Below, piece by piece: positions 41,454 through 51,090 of a stretch of DNA of 64,000 nucleotides (positions within the stretch are counted from its first letter, which is position 1; every line of letters starts with the position of its first letter). Location: positions 6,208 to 70,207 of the forward strand of contig CAIWRB010000205.1 of assembly GCA_903914955.1 (NCBI GenBank). Direction: 5' to 3'. The stretch comes from an uncultured Chloroflexota bacterium. GTDB lineage: Bacteria > Chloroflexota > Anaerolineae > Anaerolineales > Villigracilaceae. Under the pieces are notes generated by a model that was not told the DNA's origin, searched no databases, and worked only from the letters and a program-made list of their open reading frames with translations. The translations under genes were made by a program, and so were the position numbers.

Positions 41454-41952
41454 TTGAGCAAAATAAGTTTTCTAACTAACGAGAGTATCTCGCAAACAAT
41501 GACAAGAATCATTAAAGAATCAAGTCATGTAAATGCAGGTATTGCCTATTTTGGAACAAATGGAGCAAAGTATTTTCCACTTAAGAAAAACAATTATTTA
41601 GTAATCGACATGAGCATAGGCAAAGTAAAATTAGGCTCGACTAATCCATTTGAAATCGAAAAACTGCTCAACAAAGGTGTGACTGTATTTAGTAGACGAA
41701 GTCTCCACGCCAAATTCCTAATTACGAACAAATCCTTACTTGTAGGCTCTGCTAATATTTCTAAAACCGCACGAGAAATACAACATGAAGCAGCAATTTA
41801 TTGTGAAGATAAACTCTCTATTGAAAAAGCAAAATATTTTTTTAACAAAAAAGAAAAATCCACCTACAATGGCTGTCCTAGACCCTTTACCTGCAGATGA
41901 ATTATTACGATTATGGATTCCTAAAGGTCGAATAGCAAGGAAAACTAAATGA
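41454..41952 (+). pseudogene. Phospholipase D-family (HKD nuclease-like) gene, apparently frameshifted or truncated, AT-rich
   Basis: LHAKFLITNKSLLVGSANIS motif; the main frame stops at 41900 while the +1 frame stays open to TGA 41950-41952, which overlaps the next ATG. Confidence 0.65.
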
Positions 41953-43028
41953 CAACTCCACAACTAAATTCCCCCACCCTACTCAAACCCATCAAGCCTG
42001 TCGGCATTATCGGCTACGGCGCGTACGTGCCGCGATATCGTCTGCCCGCGAAAGAAGTCGCGCGCGTATGGACAGGCAAGACCAGCGGATTTCCCATCAA
42101 AGAGAAAGCCGTGCCCGGCCTCGATGAAGATGTGATCACCATGTCCATCGAAGCGGCGCGCAACGCCATGCTCCGGGCTCAAATTGACCCGACAGAACTG
42201 CGGGCGGTTTGGGTCGGGTCAGAGTCGCATCCGTATGCGGTCAAACCAACTTCCACCGTAGTCGCCGAAGCGATTGGCGCAGTCCCCAACACACAAGGCG
42301 CGGATTTTGAATTCGCGTGTAAAGCTGGCACCGAAGCGGTAGTCGCCGCCATGGGATTGGTCGGCTCAGGCATGGGACATTACGCGATGGCAATCGGTAT
42401 GGATACCGCGCAAGGTAAGCCCGGCGACGCGCTCGAATACACTGCGGGCGCGGGCGGCGGCGCGTACATCATCGGTCCCGCCGAAGAGTCGCTGGCGATC
42501 ATCAACGCCTCGTATTCCTACGTCACCGACACGCCCGATTTCTGGCGGCGTGAATATCAAAAATATCCCGAGCACGGCATGCGCTTCACTGGAGAGCCCG
42601 CCTACTTCAAACATATCACCGAAGCCGCTACACATCTCATGGAAGCCAGCGGCACGACCGCCAAAGATTACAAGTGGGCGGTCTTCCATCAGCCGAACAC
42701 AAAATTCCCACAGCGTGTCGCAGGTCAACTCGGATTTTCTGCGGAACAAATCGCACCCGGGCTTTTGGTTCATACTATTGGAAATACTTATGCAGGCGCA
42801 GCCATGATCGGCTTGACAGCGACTCTCGACATCGCCCAGCCCGGCGACAGAATCCTCGTTATCTCTTTCGGCTCTGGAGCTGGCTCAGACGCCTTCGACA
42901 TAGTTGTCACTGACAAAGTCACTGCCCGCCAGGGTCTCGCGATGAAGACACAAGAATATATTGCAAGACGCACAGAAATCGATTACGCCACTTATGTAAG
43001 GTATCGCGGCAAATTGGCAATGAAGTAA
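41949..43028 (+). CDS. Hydroxymethylglutaryl-CoA synthase, archaeal type
   Basis: [20 protein letters not shown] catalytic Cys, [27 protein letters not shown]. Confidence 0.92.
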   Translation: MTTPQLNSPTLLKPIKPVGIIGYGAYVPRYRLPAKEVARVWTGKTSGFPIKEKAVPGLDEDVITMSIEAARNAMLRAQIDPTELRAVWVGSESHPYAVKPTSTVVAEAIGAVPNTQGADFEFACKAGTEAVVAAMGLVGSGMGHYAMAIGMDTAQGKPGDALEYTAGAGGGAYIIGPAEESLAIINASYSYVTDTPDFWRREYQKYPEHGMRFTGEPAYFKHITEAATHLMEASGTTAKDYKWAVFHQPNTKFPQRVAGQLGFSAEQIAPGLLVHTIGNTYAGAAMIGLTATLDIAQPGDRILVISFGSGAGSDAFDIVVTDKVTARQGLAMKTQEYIARRTEIDYATYVRYRGKLAMK

Positions 43029-43044
43029 AAGGGTGATGATTTCG

Positions 43045-43437
43045 ATGAGACGAAACATCCCTTCTGTATTCATCTTTGCGCTGGGGATATCAGCCTGTAA
43101 CGCCATAACTCCTACGCCGACACCTGTCATATTTGCAGATAGTTTTTTCTCAGGCTATGCTTTTTTAGATACAAACGGAAACGAAGAACTCGACTCTACG
43201 GATACGCCCTTGAAGGACGCAATATTTATTGTTCAACTTGAAGGTGATTTACAGTTTGGCGGGTTGACCGATGAAACGGGGAATGCGTTTGTGACCATTC
43301 CTTCTGCTGTTCAATACCCCGTCACCCTGTTTATGAAACCGCCCGAAGATAACGGTATAACATTACTTGGTCCATCCATTATTTTTCTGCAAGAACCAGC
43401 AAGCGAAAAAAACAACTTCCTCTTTACATCAAAGTAA
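43045..43437 (+). CDS. Small lipoprotein with SdrD B-like domain
   Basis: ISAC lipobox-like site; GYAFLDTNGNEELD; TDETGNA. Confidence 0.7.
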   Translation: MRRNIPSVFIFALGISACNAITPTPTPVIFADSFFSGYAFLDTNGNEELDSTDTPLKDAIFIVQLEGDLQFGGLTDETGNAFVTIPSAVQYPVTLFMKPPEDNGITLLGPSIIFLQEPASEKNNFLFTSK

Positions 43438-43450
43438 CAAAAGGTGAATC

Positions 43451-44428
43451 ATGGCATTCTTCGATCTCTCCCTCTCTGAATTAAAAACCTACCGCCCCGC
43501 GCGCGAAGAACCCGCGGACTTTGACTCATTCTGGAAATCCACATTGGAAGAAGCGCGGACATTCCCGCTCAACACAACCTTTGAAAAAGTTGATTATGGT
43601 CTCACCGCGCAGGAAACCTTCGATGTAACTTTCTCAGGCTTTGGCGGACAACCTATCAAAGGCTGGTTGATTCTGCCCGCCAAGGCGCAACGCACAGGGA
43701 AATTACCCTGCATCGTTGAATACATCGGCTACGGCGGCGGACGAAGTTTCGCATTCGAGTGGCTCTTATGGGCAAGCGCAGGCTATGCTCACTTCGTGAT
43801 GGATACGCGCGGACAAGGCAGCAGTTGGTCGCCTGGAGACACACCTGATCTGTATGCCGAAGGCGGCAATCCACACATCCCAGGCAGTATGACCAACGGT
43901 GTCTTGGATCCCAATCATTATTATTACCGCCGAGTCTTCACTGATGCAATCCGCGCGATAGATGCAGCACACAGCCACCCCGAGGTGGATGCCTCACGCA
44001 TCGCTGTGACTGGCGGATCGCAAGGTGGAGGAATCACCATCGCTGCTGCTGGACTCGTCCCCGATGTTGTTGCAGCCATGCCCGACGTGCCGTTTCTCTG
44101 TCATTACCGTCGCGCCACCGAGTTGGTGGATACTTATCCATATAAAGAGATCGCAGATTATTGTCACATCCACCGCGATAAAGTGGATACAGTTTTCAAC
44201 ACACTCTCTTATTTTGATGGAGTCAACTTCGCAACGCGTGCGAAAGCAAAAACATTATTCTCCACTGGCTTAATGGATCAAGTCTGCCCGCCTTCGACAG
44301 TTTTTGCGGCCTACAATAATTGGGCTGGCGAAAAAGACATTAAAGTGTATCCATACAACGGTCACGAAGGCGGCGGGAGTTATCAGACGATGGAGAAAGT
44401 AAAATTTTTGAAGAATATTTGGAAATAA
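43451..44428 (+). CDS. Acetylxylan esterase / cephalosporin-C deacetylase (CE7)
   Basis: [39 protein letters not shown]. Confidence 0.92.
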   Translation: MAFFDLSLSELKTYRPAREEPADFDSFWKSTLEEARTFPLNTTFEKVDYGLTAQETFDVTFSGFGGQPIKGWLILPAKAQRTGKLPCIVEYIGYGGGRSFAFEWLLWASAGYAHFVMDTRGQGSSWSPGDTPDLYAEGGNPHIPGSMTNGVLDPNHYYYRRVFTDAIRAIDAAHSHPEVDASRIAVTGGSQGGGITIAAAGLVPDVVAAMPDVPFLCHYRRATELVDTYPYKEIADYCHIHRDKVDTVFNTLSYFDGVNFATRAKAKTLFSTGLMDQVCPPSTVFAAYNNWAGEKDIKVYPYNGHEGGGSYQTMEKVKFLKNIWK

Positions 44429-44522
44429 AAATATTTCATCCACTTTTGCTAATTGAGTACATTGAATGCAGTTCTCACTCGTATCGAAACTAGCAATTAA
44501 AATAACATGCAATAACGAGAAC

Positions 44523-44566
44523 GTGGCCTCGAGTAACCCCGGCAAACACTGGGCTACTCGACCACC
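44523..44566 (+). repeat. REP-like palindromic element, copy B
   Basis: gtggcctcgagtaaccccggcaaacactgggctactcgaccacc; aligns with the reverse complement of 1231-1278. Confidence 0.65.
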
Positions 44567-44585
44567 AAGGTAAATTAGAGGATTC

Positions 44586-45746
44586 ATGACAGAAGTAGTT
44601 ATCGCAGGTATCGGACAAACACAAGTCGGCGAACACTGGGAGATCAGTTTACGCGATCTCGCTCTCAACGCCATTCAAGCCGCGCACAAAGATTCAGGCG
44701 GACTAAAACCGCAGGCATTATTTGTCGGCAATATGCTCGCGCCAAATCTTTCCAATCAGGCGCATCTCGGTGCACTCATCGCAGATTATGCCGGGCTGAC
44801 CGGCATCGAAGCCATCACTGTTGAAGCCGCTGGCGCATCGGGCGGAGCGGCTCTGCGTCAGGCGTATCTCGCCATCGCAAGCGGCATGGTGGACGTGGCA
44901 CTCGTGGTCGGCGTTGAAAAATTCACAGACAAAATCGGTTCGGAGGTTGAAGAAGCCATCGCCTCAACAAGCGATTCTGATTTTGAGGCTGTACAAGGTC
45001 TGACTGCCACCGCGCAAGCCGCGTTGTTGATGAAGCGTTACATGTACGAAAATGAAGTCACAGCAAATGGGTTTGCCAATTTTGCATTAACGGCTCACGC
45101 GAATGGTGTTGCAAATAAAAATGCGATGTTCCGCAAAGCAATTAAATCTGAGACGTATGCCAAAGCAGAAATGGTCAGCGACCAGCTCAATATGTTCGAC
45201 GTGGCCCCCATTGCGGATGGCACCGCCGCGCTCGTTCTGACTCGCCGTGACCTGCTCCCGTCCGATTATCAGAATCAGCTCGTGAAGATTGCTGGCTCAG
45301 CGGCCTCATCGGATACTTTGGCATTGCACGATAGAAAAGATATGTTGTATTTTGACACCGCGCAAATTTCAGCGGGTAAAGCCATGAAGCAAGCGGGAAT
45401 CATTCTGGATCAAATCAACTTCTTTGAATATCACGACGCATTCAGTATTTACGCCGCGCTAAGTTTGGAAGCGGTTGGGTTTGCAATTAAAGGTTGCGGT
45501 TGGAAACTTGCAGAAAATCATGAGATAAGTTTGAAGGGAAAAATCCCATGCGCCACCATGGGCGGCATGAAAGCGCGCGGATTCCCCGGAGGCGCTGCGG
45601 GCGTATATCAAGCCGTCGAAGCAGTCACACAGCTTCGAGGTCAGGCGGGAGCAAATCAAATTGCCAATGCAAAGTATGGACTCATCCAGTCTCTTGGCGG
45701 GCCAGCATCCACGGCAGTCAGTCATATCCTGCAAAGATTGGATTGA
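44586..45746 (+). CDS. Thiolase-domain protein (archaeal/SCP2-like) with degenerate active site
   Basis: Thiolase fold motifs present, but EAAGASG (no Cys) and GFP (no His); HDAF retained. Confidence 0.88.
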   Translation: MTEVVIAGIGQTQVGEHWEISLRDLALNAIQAAHKDSGGLKPQALFVGNMLAPNLSNQAHLGALIADYAGLTGIEAITVEAAGASGGAALRQAYLAIASGMVDVALVVGVEKFTDKIGSEVEEAIASTSDSDFEAVQGLTATAQAALLMKRYMYENEVTANGFANFALTAHANGVANKNAMFRKAIKSETYAKAEMVSDQLNMFDVAPIADGTAALVLTRRDLLPSDYQNQLVKIAGSAASSDTLALHDRKDMLYFDTAQISAGKAMKQAGIILDQINFFEYHDAFSIYAALSLEAVGFAIKGCGWKLAENHEISLKGKIPCATMGGMKARGFPGGAAGVYQAVEAVTQLRGQAGANQIANAKYGLIQSLGGPASTAVSHILQRLD

Positions 45747-45758
45747 GAAGACAAAAGT

Positions 45759-47819
45759 CTATCGCCCACCGTCTATATTCTTGAGATCGACATCCAAAGA
45801 ATTAATTTGTAAAATATCCCCGCTCAACTTCACTGAGTCAGATTCAAAACCAAAGAATGTCCAAAAGACTGCTTGGGATTGTTCTGTTTCCAGCATCGCG
45901 GAAAGAGCGGGTTCTTTGTGACCGTAATATCGCGAGCGCCAGCCGCGCGTGCTCTTTGGGTCTGCGCGGACAATAGAGATGCGCGCAGACCCAGCCAGTA
46001 ATCCCATTTGAATTTTATATTTATGTAATACAGGCCATAAGCAAATTGTGTTATCTTTTTGTGTGTATGGAAAATCGTTTAACAGCCAGTGAAGCGCATA
46101 ATGATGATGATGATGATGAGACTGCGCGCCACTGAGGTGGTCAAGGATAAGCCAGCGGTCATCATCAAGCATGAGGACAGTGCGTTTATGTGTGACTGGG
46201 CTATATCCATTATGTTCACCCTGCCAAAGTTTTTCACTTTGTTGAAGGACTTTTCCCTGCGCCCAATCCACCCATGTGAAGCGGCTGATCATTTTCATTT
46301 GATCTTTGGAATCTACCGTGATAGTATTATGCGCAGATGTATGTGCCAGTCCGTTTCGCCAAAGATCTTCGCCACTGTATAAATAAGTACCTGCATCACA
46401 AGCGATATTAATTCCGCGCCACCAAAGATCAACATGAAGTTGATCGGCGTGAGATGGGCGTTCTTGAAAATCTGTACAACGGATGATCGCCTTGCTGTTT
46501 GTGTTGTGTAAGATGTAGACTCCGCCGTTTGGAAAATTTGTTTTGTCTTGAATTTCCCTCTCCCTGAGAGAGTATGAGCTTTCGCCGCACAACCAAAATA
46601 GATCTTCATCCCACATACCTGACTTAAACAGAAGTTTGCCTTTTGTAATAAACGAACCCAACTGTATAACGGGACGGTAATCGGTGAAGTCGCATGAGTT
46701 TAGTGGAAGCACCAACGCGCCATCATTTGAGCCATAGACCGGCATTTGACCTGTCTGCGGATCGATCAATTGATACAAATAATCAACCGAGGAGGAGATT
46801 GATTGATAAAGAGATTCGGAAAAACGTGATCCATTCAATTCGCCTAATCTTATGGCATATAAATATACTTGAAGAACGAAGCGATGGTAATTAAGCGAGT
46901 ACATTGAATAACTGCCGTCGGGAAAAATCTGCTGAGCCGCCTCCCGTTCGAGAGACATGCACCCAAACGATAAATATTTTTCAGAGTCCTTCAATTCAGG
47001 AAAAAGTAATCCCGTCATCCACAGCCCGAGCGCTTCACTGATGGAATGATTTCCACGCGTGAAGATTGCGAAATCCGTATTGCTGTAGATCCGTTGCGCG
47101 TGAGACGCAATGACTATTGTTAAATCCGCAACATGTTGAGGCGTGGTGACGGGAGATTCCAAAAAAGTGTACAGGCCAAAAATCAATGCCATGAGACGCA
47201 ATGCTGCCTCCTGACCGTCCATCCAATTTGGTCCTGCGTTAGGAGGATTTGATTCAGTCCAGGATTGAGTCAATTGCCAGAATGCCTTTGCATATCTTTC
47301 ATCTTGATTAATTGCGTATGCGCGCGCCAGCGTATATACAAAACTAAATCGGCTGGCTTCCCAAATGAATTTGATATCCACTTCACCTTCATCAGAAAGT
47401 TGTGACCAATGTTTGTTTGAATCTAGATTGACACCAGTGACGGGATCTTTATGCCAATCTGGAGGAAATCCAATTTTCTGGAATTCGTGTGTAAAGTATT
47501 TCAACTCGCCTGATAAAATCCGTTCGGCTTCATCCACTGCGAGTTGCGGATTCCAGGGAACGTTATCAGGCAATTGATTTATATGTTCAAAAAAGAATTT
47601 TGGGGAATTTTTTTTGCGCCAAGTTCCGTAATCAACAGGCTGGGATGGGACTTTTTCTTTCAGCCATGTTTTCAGCGGACGGTCTGCCCATTGGTAAAGC
47701 GGCATTTGCAAGCGAACAAGTCCCGTGCGGATGCGAAATGCATAAGCGAAACGAAATGCCAACCAACGCAGACCAAGTTGACGGTAGAGCGAAGCGAGTG
47801 TTCGGAACTTAATCCACAT
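45759..47819 (-). CDS. Heparinase II/III family protein
   Basis: IKFIWEASRF, GNHSISEA, EMSLNYH-like MYSLNYHRF, GSNDG, HADQLHVDL, DAGTYLY, AHNTITVD. Confidence 0.88.
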   Translation of the reverse strand: MWIKFRTLASLYRQLGLRWLAFRFAYAFRIRTGLVRLQMPLYQWADRPLKTWLKEKVPSQPVDYGTWRKKNSPKFFFEHINQLPDNVPWNPQLAVDEAERILSGELKYFTHEFQKIGFPPDWHKDPVTGVNLDSNKHWSQLSDEGEVDIKFIWEASRFSFVYTLARAYAINQDERYAKAFWQLTQSWTESNPPNAGPNWMDGQEAALRLMALIFGLYTFLESPVTTPQHVADLTIVIASHAQRIYSNTDFAIFTRGNHSISEALGLWMTGLLFPELKDSEKYLSFGCMSLEREAAQQIFPDGSYSMYSLNYHRFVLQVYLYAIRLGELNGSRFSESLYQSISSSVDYLYQLIDPQTGQMPVYGSNDGALVLPLNSCDFTDYRPVIQLGSFITKGKLLFKSGMWDEDLFWLCGESSYSLREREIQDKTNFPNGGVYILHNTNSKAIIRCTDFQERPSHADQLHVDLWWRGINIACDAGTYLYSGEDLWRNGLAHTSAHNTITVDSKDQMKMISRFTWVDWAQGKVLQQSEKLWQGEHNGYSPVTHKRTVLMLDDDRWLILDHLSGAQSHHHHHHYALHWLLNDFPYTQKDNTICLWPVLHKYKIQMGLLAGSARISIVRADPKSTRGWRSRYYGHKEPALSAMLETEQSQAVFWTFFGFESDSVKLSGDILQINSLDVDLKNIDGGR
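46101..46118 (-). repeat. (CAT)6 trinucleotide repeat encoding His6
   Basis: atg x6 on the + strand, read as HHHHHH in the heparinase-family ORF. Confidence 0.95.
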
Positions 47820-48819
47820 TTTTTAATCGGGAAGCGTGACAGGACAAGAGAATCCAAATAAGCGGTAATCCCAAAAAAATAATCGGCGCAGCGAATTGAT
47901 GTCCGCGTGCCCATTGGTACGAAAGAATTCCACCGAAAAGAGTTAATAAAATATACAGAAAACTAACTGTTGAATGTTTATAACCGCCAATGACCAGGCG
48001 TTGAAATAAATGTGAACGATGCGCGGAAAAAACTTTTTCGCCATTACGCAAGCGATTGATAAAGGTCAAGCCAGCATCCATGATGAAAGTCCACATCAGA
48101 AGCGTGCCGAGCATCAACGCGTCCCCGCCCTTGTCAGCGGAAAGAAGTGAGAGAACCGCAAAACTATAGCCGAGAAATGTACTGGCAACATCGCCCATGA
48201 ATATTTTTGCGGGCGACCAGTTGTGAAAGAGAAAGCCCAAACTGCCAGCAGAGATCGCGAGGGCAATCCAGAACGCAAATGAATTACCACTTGCGGAAGA
48301 AAGCCACATCCAGCCCAGCCCCGCGCTGACGGCAACGCCGCCCGCCATGCCGTCAATGCCGTCCATAAAATTATAGGCATTGGTTAAACCGATGATCCAA
48401 AAAAACGTGATCACCACTCCGACAATCCCAAGTTGAAGTTCTCCAAACAAGGGTATTGTGACTGACTTGAAATATCCCATACTGATAATGGAAACGACTG
48501 CGACAATTCCTTGCACTGCAAAGCGCGTGATGGGAGAAAGTGACTTGACATCATCCTGCCAGCCCAACAATGCAATGACGATTCCGCAGACGACATAAAC
48601 CAAACTATGAGTCAACCCGGTTTGCGTGGCAGATAATAAACCTGCTCCCAGAACAATGACTACAATTGCCAATCCGCCGCCGCGAGGAATGGGAGTCGAA
48701 TGCATACTGCGGTCGCTTGGATGGTCGAGCAACTGATCTTTCGCCCCCCAGCGCCGAATTAATATGACTCCGCCATAAGAAAGTAATATCAGAAGAATAT
48801 ATATTGCAATTTGCGTCAT
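47809..48819 (-). CDS. Polyprenyl-phosphate sugar-1-phosphate transferase (MraY/WecA family)
   Basis: RSMHSTPIPRGGG, GWQDD, NAYNFMDGIDG, FMGD, HRSHLFQ. Confidence 0.9.
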   Translation of the reverse strand: MTQIAIYILLILLSYGGVILIRRWGAKDQLLDHPSDRSMHSTPIPRGGGLAIVVIVLGAGLLSATQTGLTHSLVYVVCGIVIALLGWQDDVKSLSPITRFAVQGIVAVVSIISMGYFKSVTIPLFGELQLGIVGVVITFFWIIGLTNAYNFMDGIDGMAGGVAVSAGLGWMWLSSASGNSFAFWIALAISAGSLGFLFHNWSPAKIFMGDVASTFLGYSFAVLSLLSADKGGDALMLGTLLMWTFIMDAGLTFINRLRNGEKVFSAHRSHLFQRLVIGGYKHSTVSFLYILLTLFGGILSYQWARGHQFAAPIIFLGLPLIWILLSCHASRLKNVD

Positions 48820-50036
48820 ACCTTCACCAAATTCTCAAGCAACTTCAATGTATCATTTAATTTATCACGGCGGTCAAGCTCCTTGACAAGATATGCCCGC
48901 GCATTTAATCCCATTTGTTTTACTCGCTGCGGATTATTTGAAAGTTCGAGGATAATTTTCGCCAGCTGTTCCTCGTTGCCTGGTGAAACGAACACTCCCC
49001 CGCCGGAAGATTCGATCACCTCACGAACGACGCCATCGATAACCAATACAGTTCCACGCGCGGCGGCCATGTAATCAAAAACCTTATTTGGATAGGTTGT
49101 GCGAAACATGGGAACATCCTGCAGGATCGCGAGGCATACATCCGAAGAAGCAATCACAAGCGGCATTTCCTTTTTGGGGCAAACGCCCGCAAAGATAACA
49201 TTCGTCAATTTCATCCGCTTCGATTCCGATTCGAGTCGCGCGCGTTCCTTGCCGTCGCCAAAAAGCACAAAGCAGATCTGCGGCTCATGATTCAATCTTT
49301 CCGCCGCGCGCAGGATGGTATCGATGTCGTTGGCTTGTCCCAACGCGCCTGCGTAAAGTACAACAAATTTATTTTCCAATCCCAATTTCTTACGGACAGG
49401 AGAGCCGTCGACATCGGGATTGAACATATCCACATCGGTGCCGTAGGGAATGTATGTGATCTTATTTTCAGGCACGCCTTTTCCGAGCATATATTCCTTA
49501 TACGCAGGCGAGTTGACGAGAATGTGCGTGGCACGCGCGTACAAGAAATTTTCAAGCCAGCGCGCGAGCGAAATCACGATCGGATTTTTCAAGACGCCCA
49601 TGCTCACGCCGAATTCAGGCCAAAGGTCGCGCACTTCCAATAAGAATGGTTTGCGCCGAATCAACGCAACGAACCAGGCAGATACTGCCTGAAAGATCGG
49701 CGGTGTCGTGCCCATGACAATGTCAACATTTTTTACTGTAAACGCGGTCCACACCGAAGTGAACATGAAACTAAGAAATGAAATGATGCGCCAAAAATAA
49801 CTGCGATGCAGCACGGGGAAAATATACGCGCGTAGGATCCGCACACCATCAATCATCTGCTCCGCAAAAAGCCCAGTCCGCTCCACCGTGCGTTGTCCCG
49901 TTTGATAATTTAAATCGCTGGCGACAATTACCAGCTCATGTTCACGGGCGCTCAAATATTGCGCCATTTCAAAATGACGTGTATGCCCCGGCTCGTCTGG
50001 CGAGACAAAGGCCTGATTGATCAACAAAATTTTCAT
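48816..50036 (-). CDS. GT4 glycosyltransferase (WbuB-like)
   Basis: EVRDLWPE, YAGALGQA, PNKVFDYMAA. Confidence 0.9.
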   Translation of the reverse strand: MKILLINQAFVSPDEPGHTRHFEMAQYLSAREHELVIVASDLNYQTGQRTVERTGLFAEQMIDGVRILRAYIFPVLHRSYFWRIISFLSFMFTSVWTAFTVKNVDIVMGTTPPIFQAVSAWFVALIRRKPFLLEVRDLWPEFGVSMGVLKNPIVISLARWLENFLYARATHILVNSPAYKEYMLGKGVPENKITYIPYGTDVDMFNPDVDGSPVRKKLGLENKFVVLYAGALGQANDIDTILRAAERLNHEPQICFVLFGDGKERARLESESKRMKLTNVIFAGVCPKKEMPLVIASSDVCLAILQDVPMFRTTYPNKVFDYMAAARGTVLVIDGVVREVIESSGGGVFVSPGNEEQLAKIILELSNNPQRVKQMGLNARAYLVKELDRRDKLNDTLKLLENLVKV

Positions 50037-50050
50037 GGACGAGATTCGAA

Positions 50051-51028
50051 TCACTCCGCGAGTTTAAGTTTCTTGAAGATCCATGGCGCGCCGCCAGCCA
50101 CCCAAAAGCCGATCAGTGTATAACGGACAAACCTCAGCAGGTAAAAGATGAAAGCATCGCCTTCCGGAAATATTTTTTTCAATCCCACATAGAGGATGAG
50201 AACTCCGATCAAGCCGATGACATAGCGAATGGCACGCTTCTGCAGTGAACCCGCAGCCTGATACCCGCCAACTGACATGATCCATGCTGCACCCACCGCC
50301 AACCCGAAGAGAATCCCCGCCGAGGTGAAGGTGCTGGTCGAGTCAATGGGATTAGGCGCGTCTGCCTTCGCGAGAGCAGCGTTGTTCATCCAATCTTCAG
50401 GGACTTGATAATCGCTTCTTAAAGTTGTCGCGCCAAATCCTAATACAATGAAAATCATTGAAACGATGAACGCGATCATGATTTGCTGGCTTAATGTTTT
50501 CGGTGCGATCCATACCGCAACTGGCTCCCAAAAACGAGTGACAATCCATAATAATATTGCGCCGATCAGCCAGCCAAAGACCACGTCGTGCGGGAAATGC
50601 GCAGCAAGAAATATGCGTGAAAAACCGATCAGGAACATGATCGCAATCGTTGTCACCCACAACCAGTTTCGTTTGTAATAAGCAGCGATCGTCCCCCAGA
50701 CAGAGACTGCGATTTGCGCGTGTCCTGATGGAATGCCAAATGAGGTTTCTGAAGTCCACAACGCGCGCACATGAGAGCTTGCCCAATAGGGGCGCGGTCC
50801 GGCAAAAGCCAATTTGAAAATATTGTTGAACAGATTACTCATTACAAGAATTATCCCGACCCGCAAACCTAGAGCAGAATCTACGCTCCAGTAGATGAGC
50901 GGCAATGCAAGCAAAAAGAATTCCTCATTGCCGAGGAAACTAAAGAATTTCATGGGGGCGATCAGCCAATCGCCCGCGCCTTGAAGGGTATAAATAAGGG
51001 CAATACCGAAATCGATCAGGGTTTGCAT
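50051..51028 (-). CDS. PAP2 family phosphatase (membrane)
   Basis: KLAFAGPRP, PSGH, SRIFLAAHFPHD; AGGAGG RBS before MQTL. Confidence 0.9.
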   Translation of the reverse strand: MQTLIDFGIALIYTLQGAGDWLIAPMKFFSFLGNEEFFLLALPLIYWSVDSALGLRVGIILVMSNLFNNIFKLAFAGPRPYWASSHVRALWTSETSFGIPSGHAQIAVSVWGTIAAYYKRNWLWVTTIAIMFLIGFSRIFLAAHFPHDVVFGWLIGAILLWIVTRFWEPVAVWIAPKTLSQQIMIAFIVSMIFIVLGFGATTLRSDYQVPEDWMNNAALAKADAPNPIDSTSTFTSAGILFGLAVGAAWIMSVGGYQAAGSLQKRAIRYVIGLIGVLILYVGLKKIFPEGDAFIFYLLRFVRYTLIGFWVAGGAPWIFKKLKLAE

Positions 51029-51090
51029 GGTATCCTCCAATATCTTTTTTTGAATTGACGAACAAGCTGCTTTTATTGTACACTCAAAGG

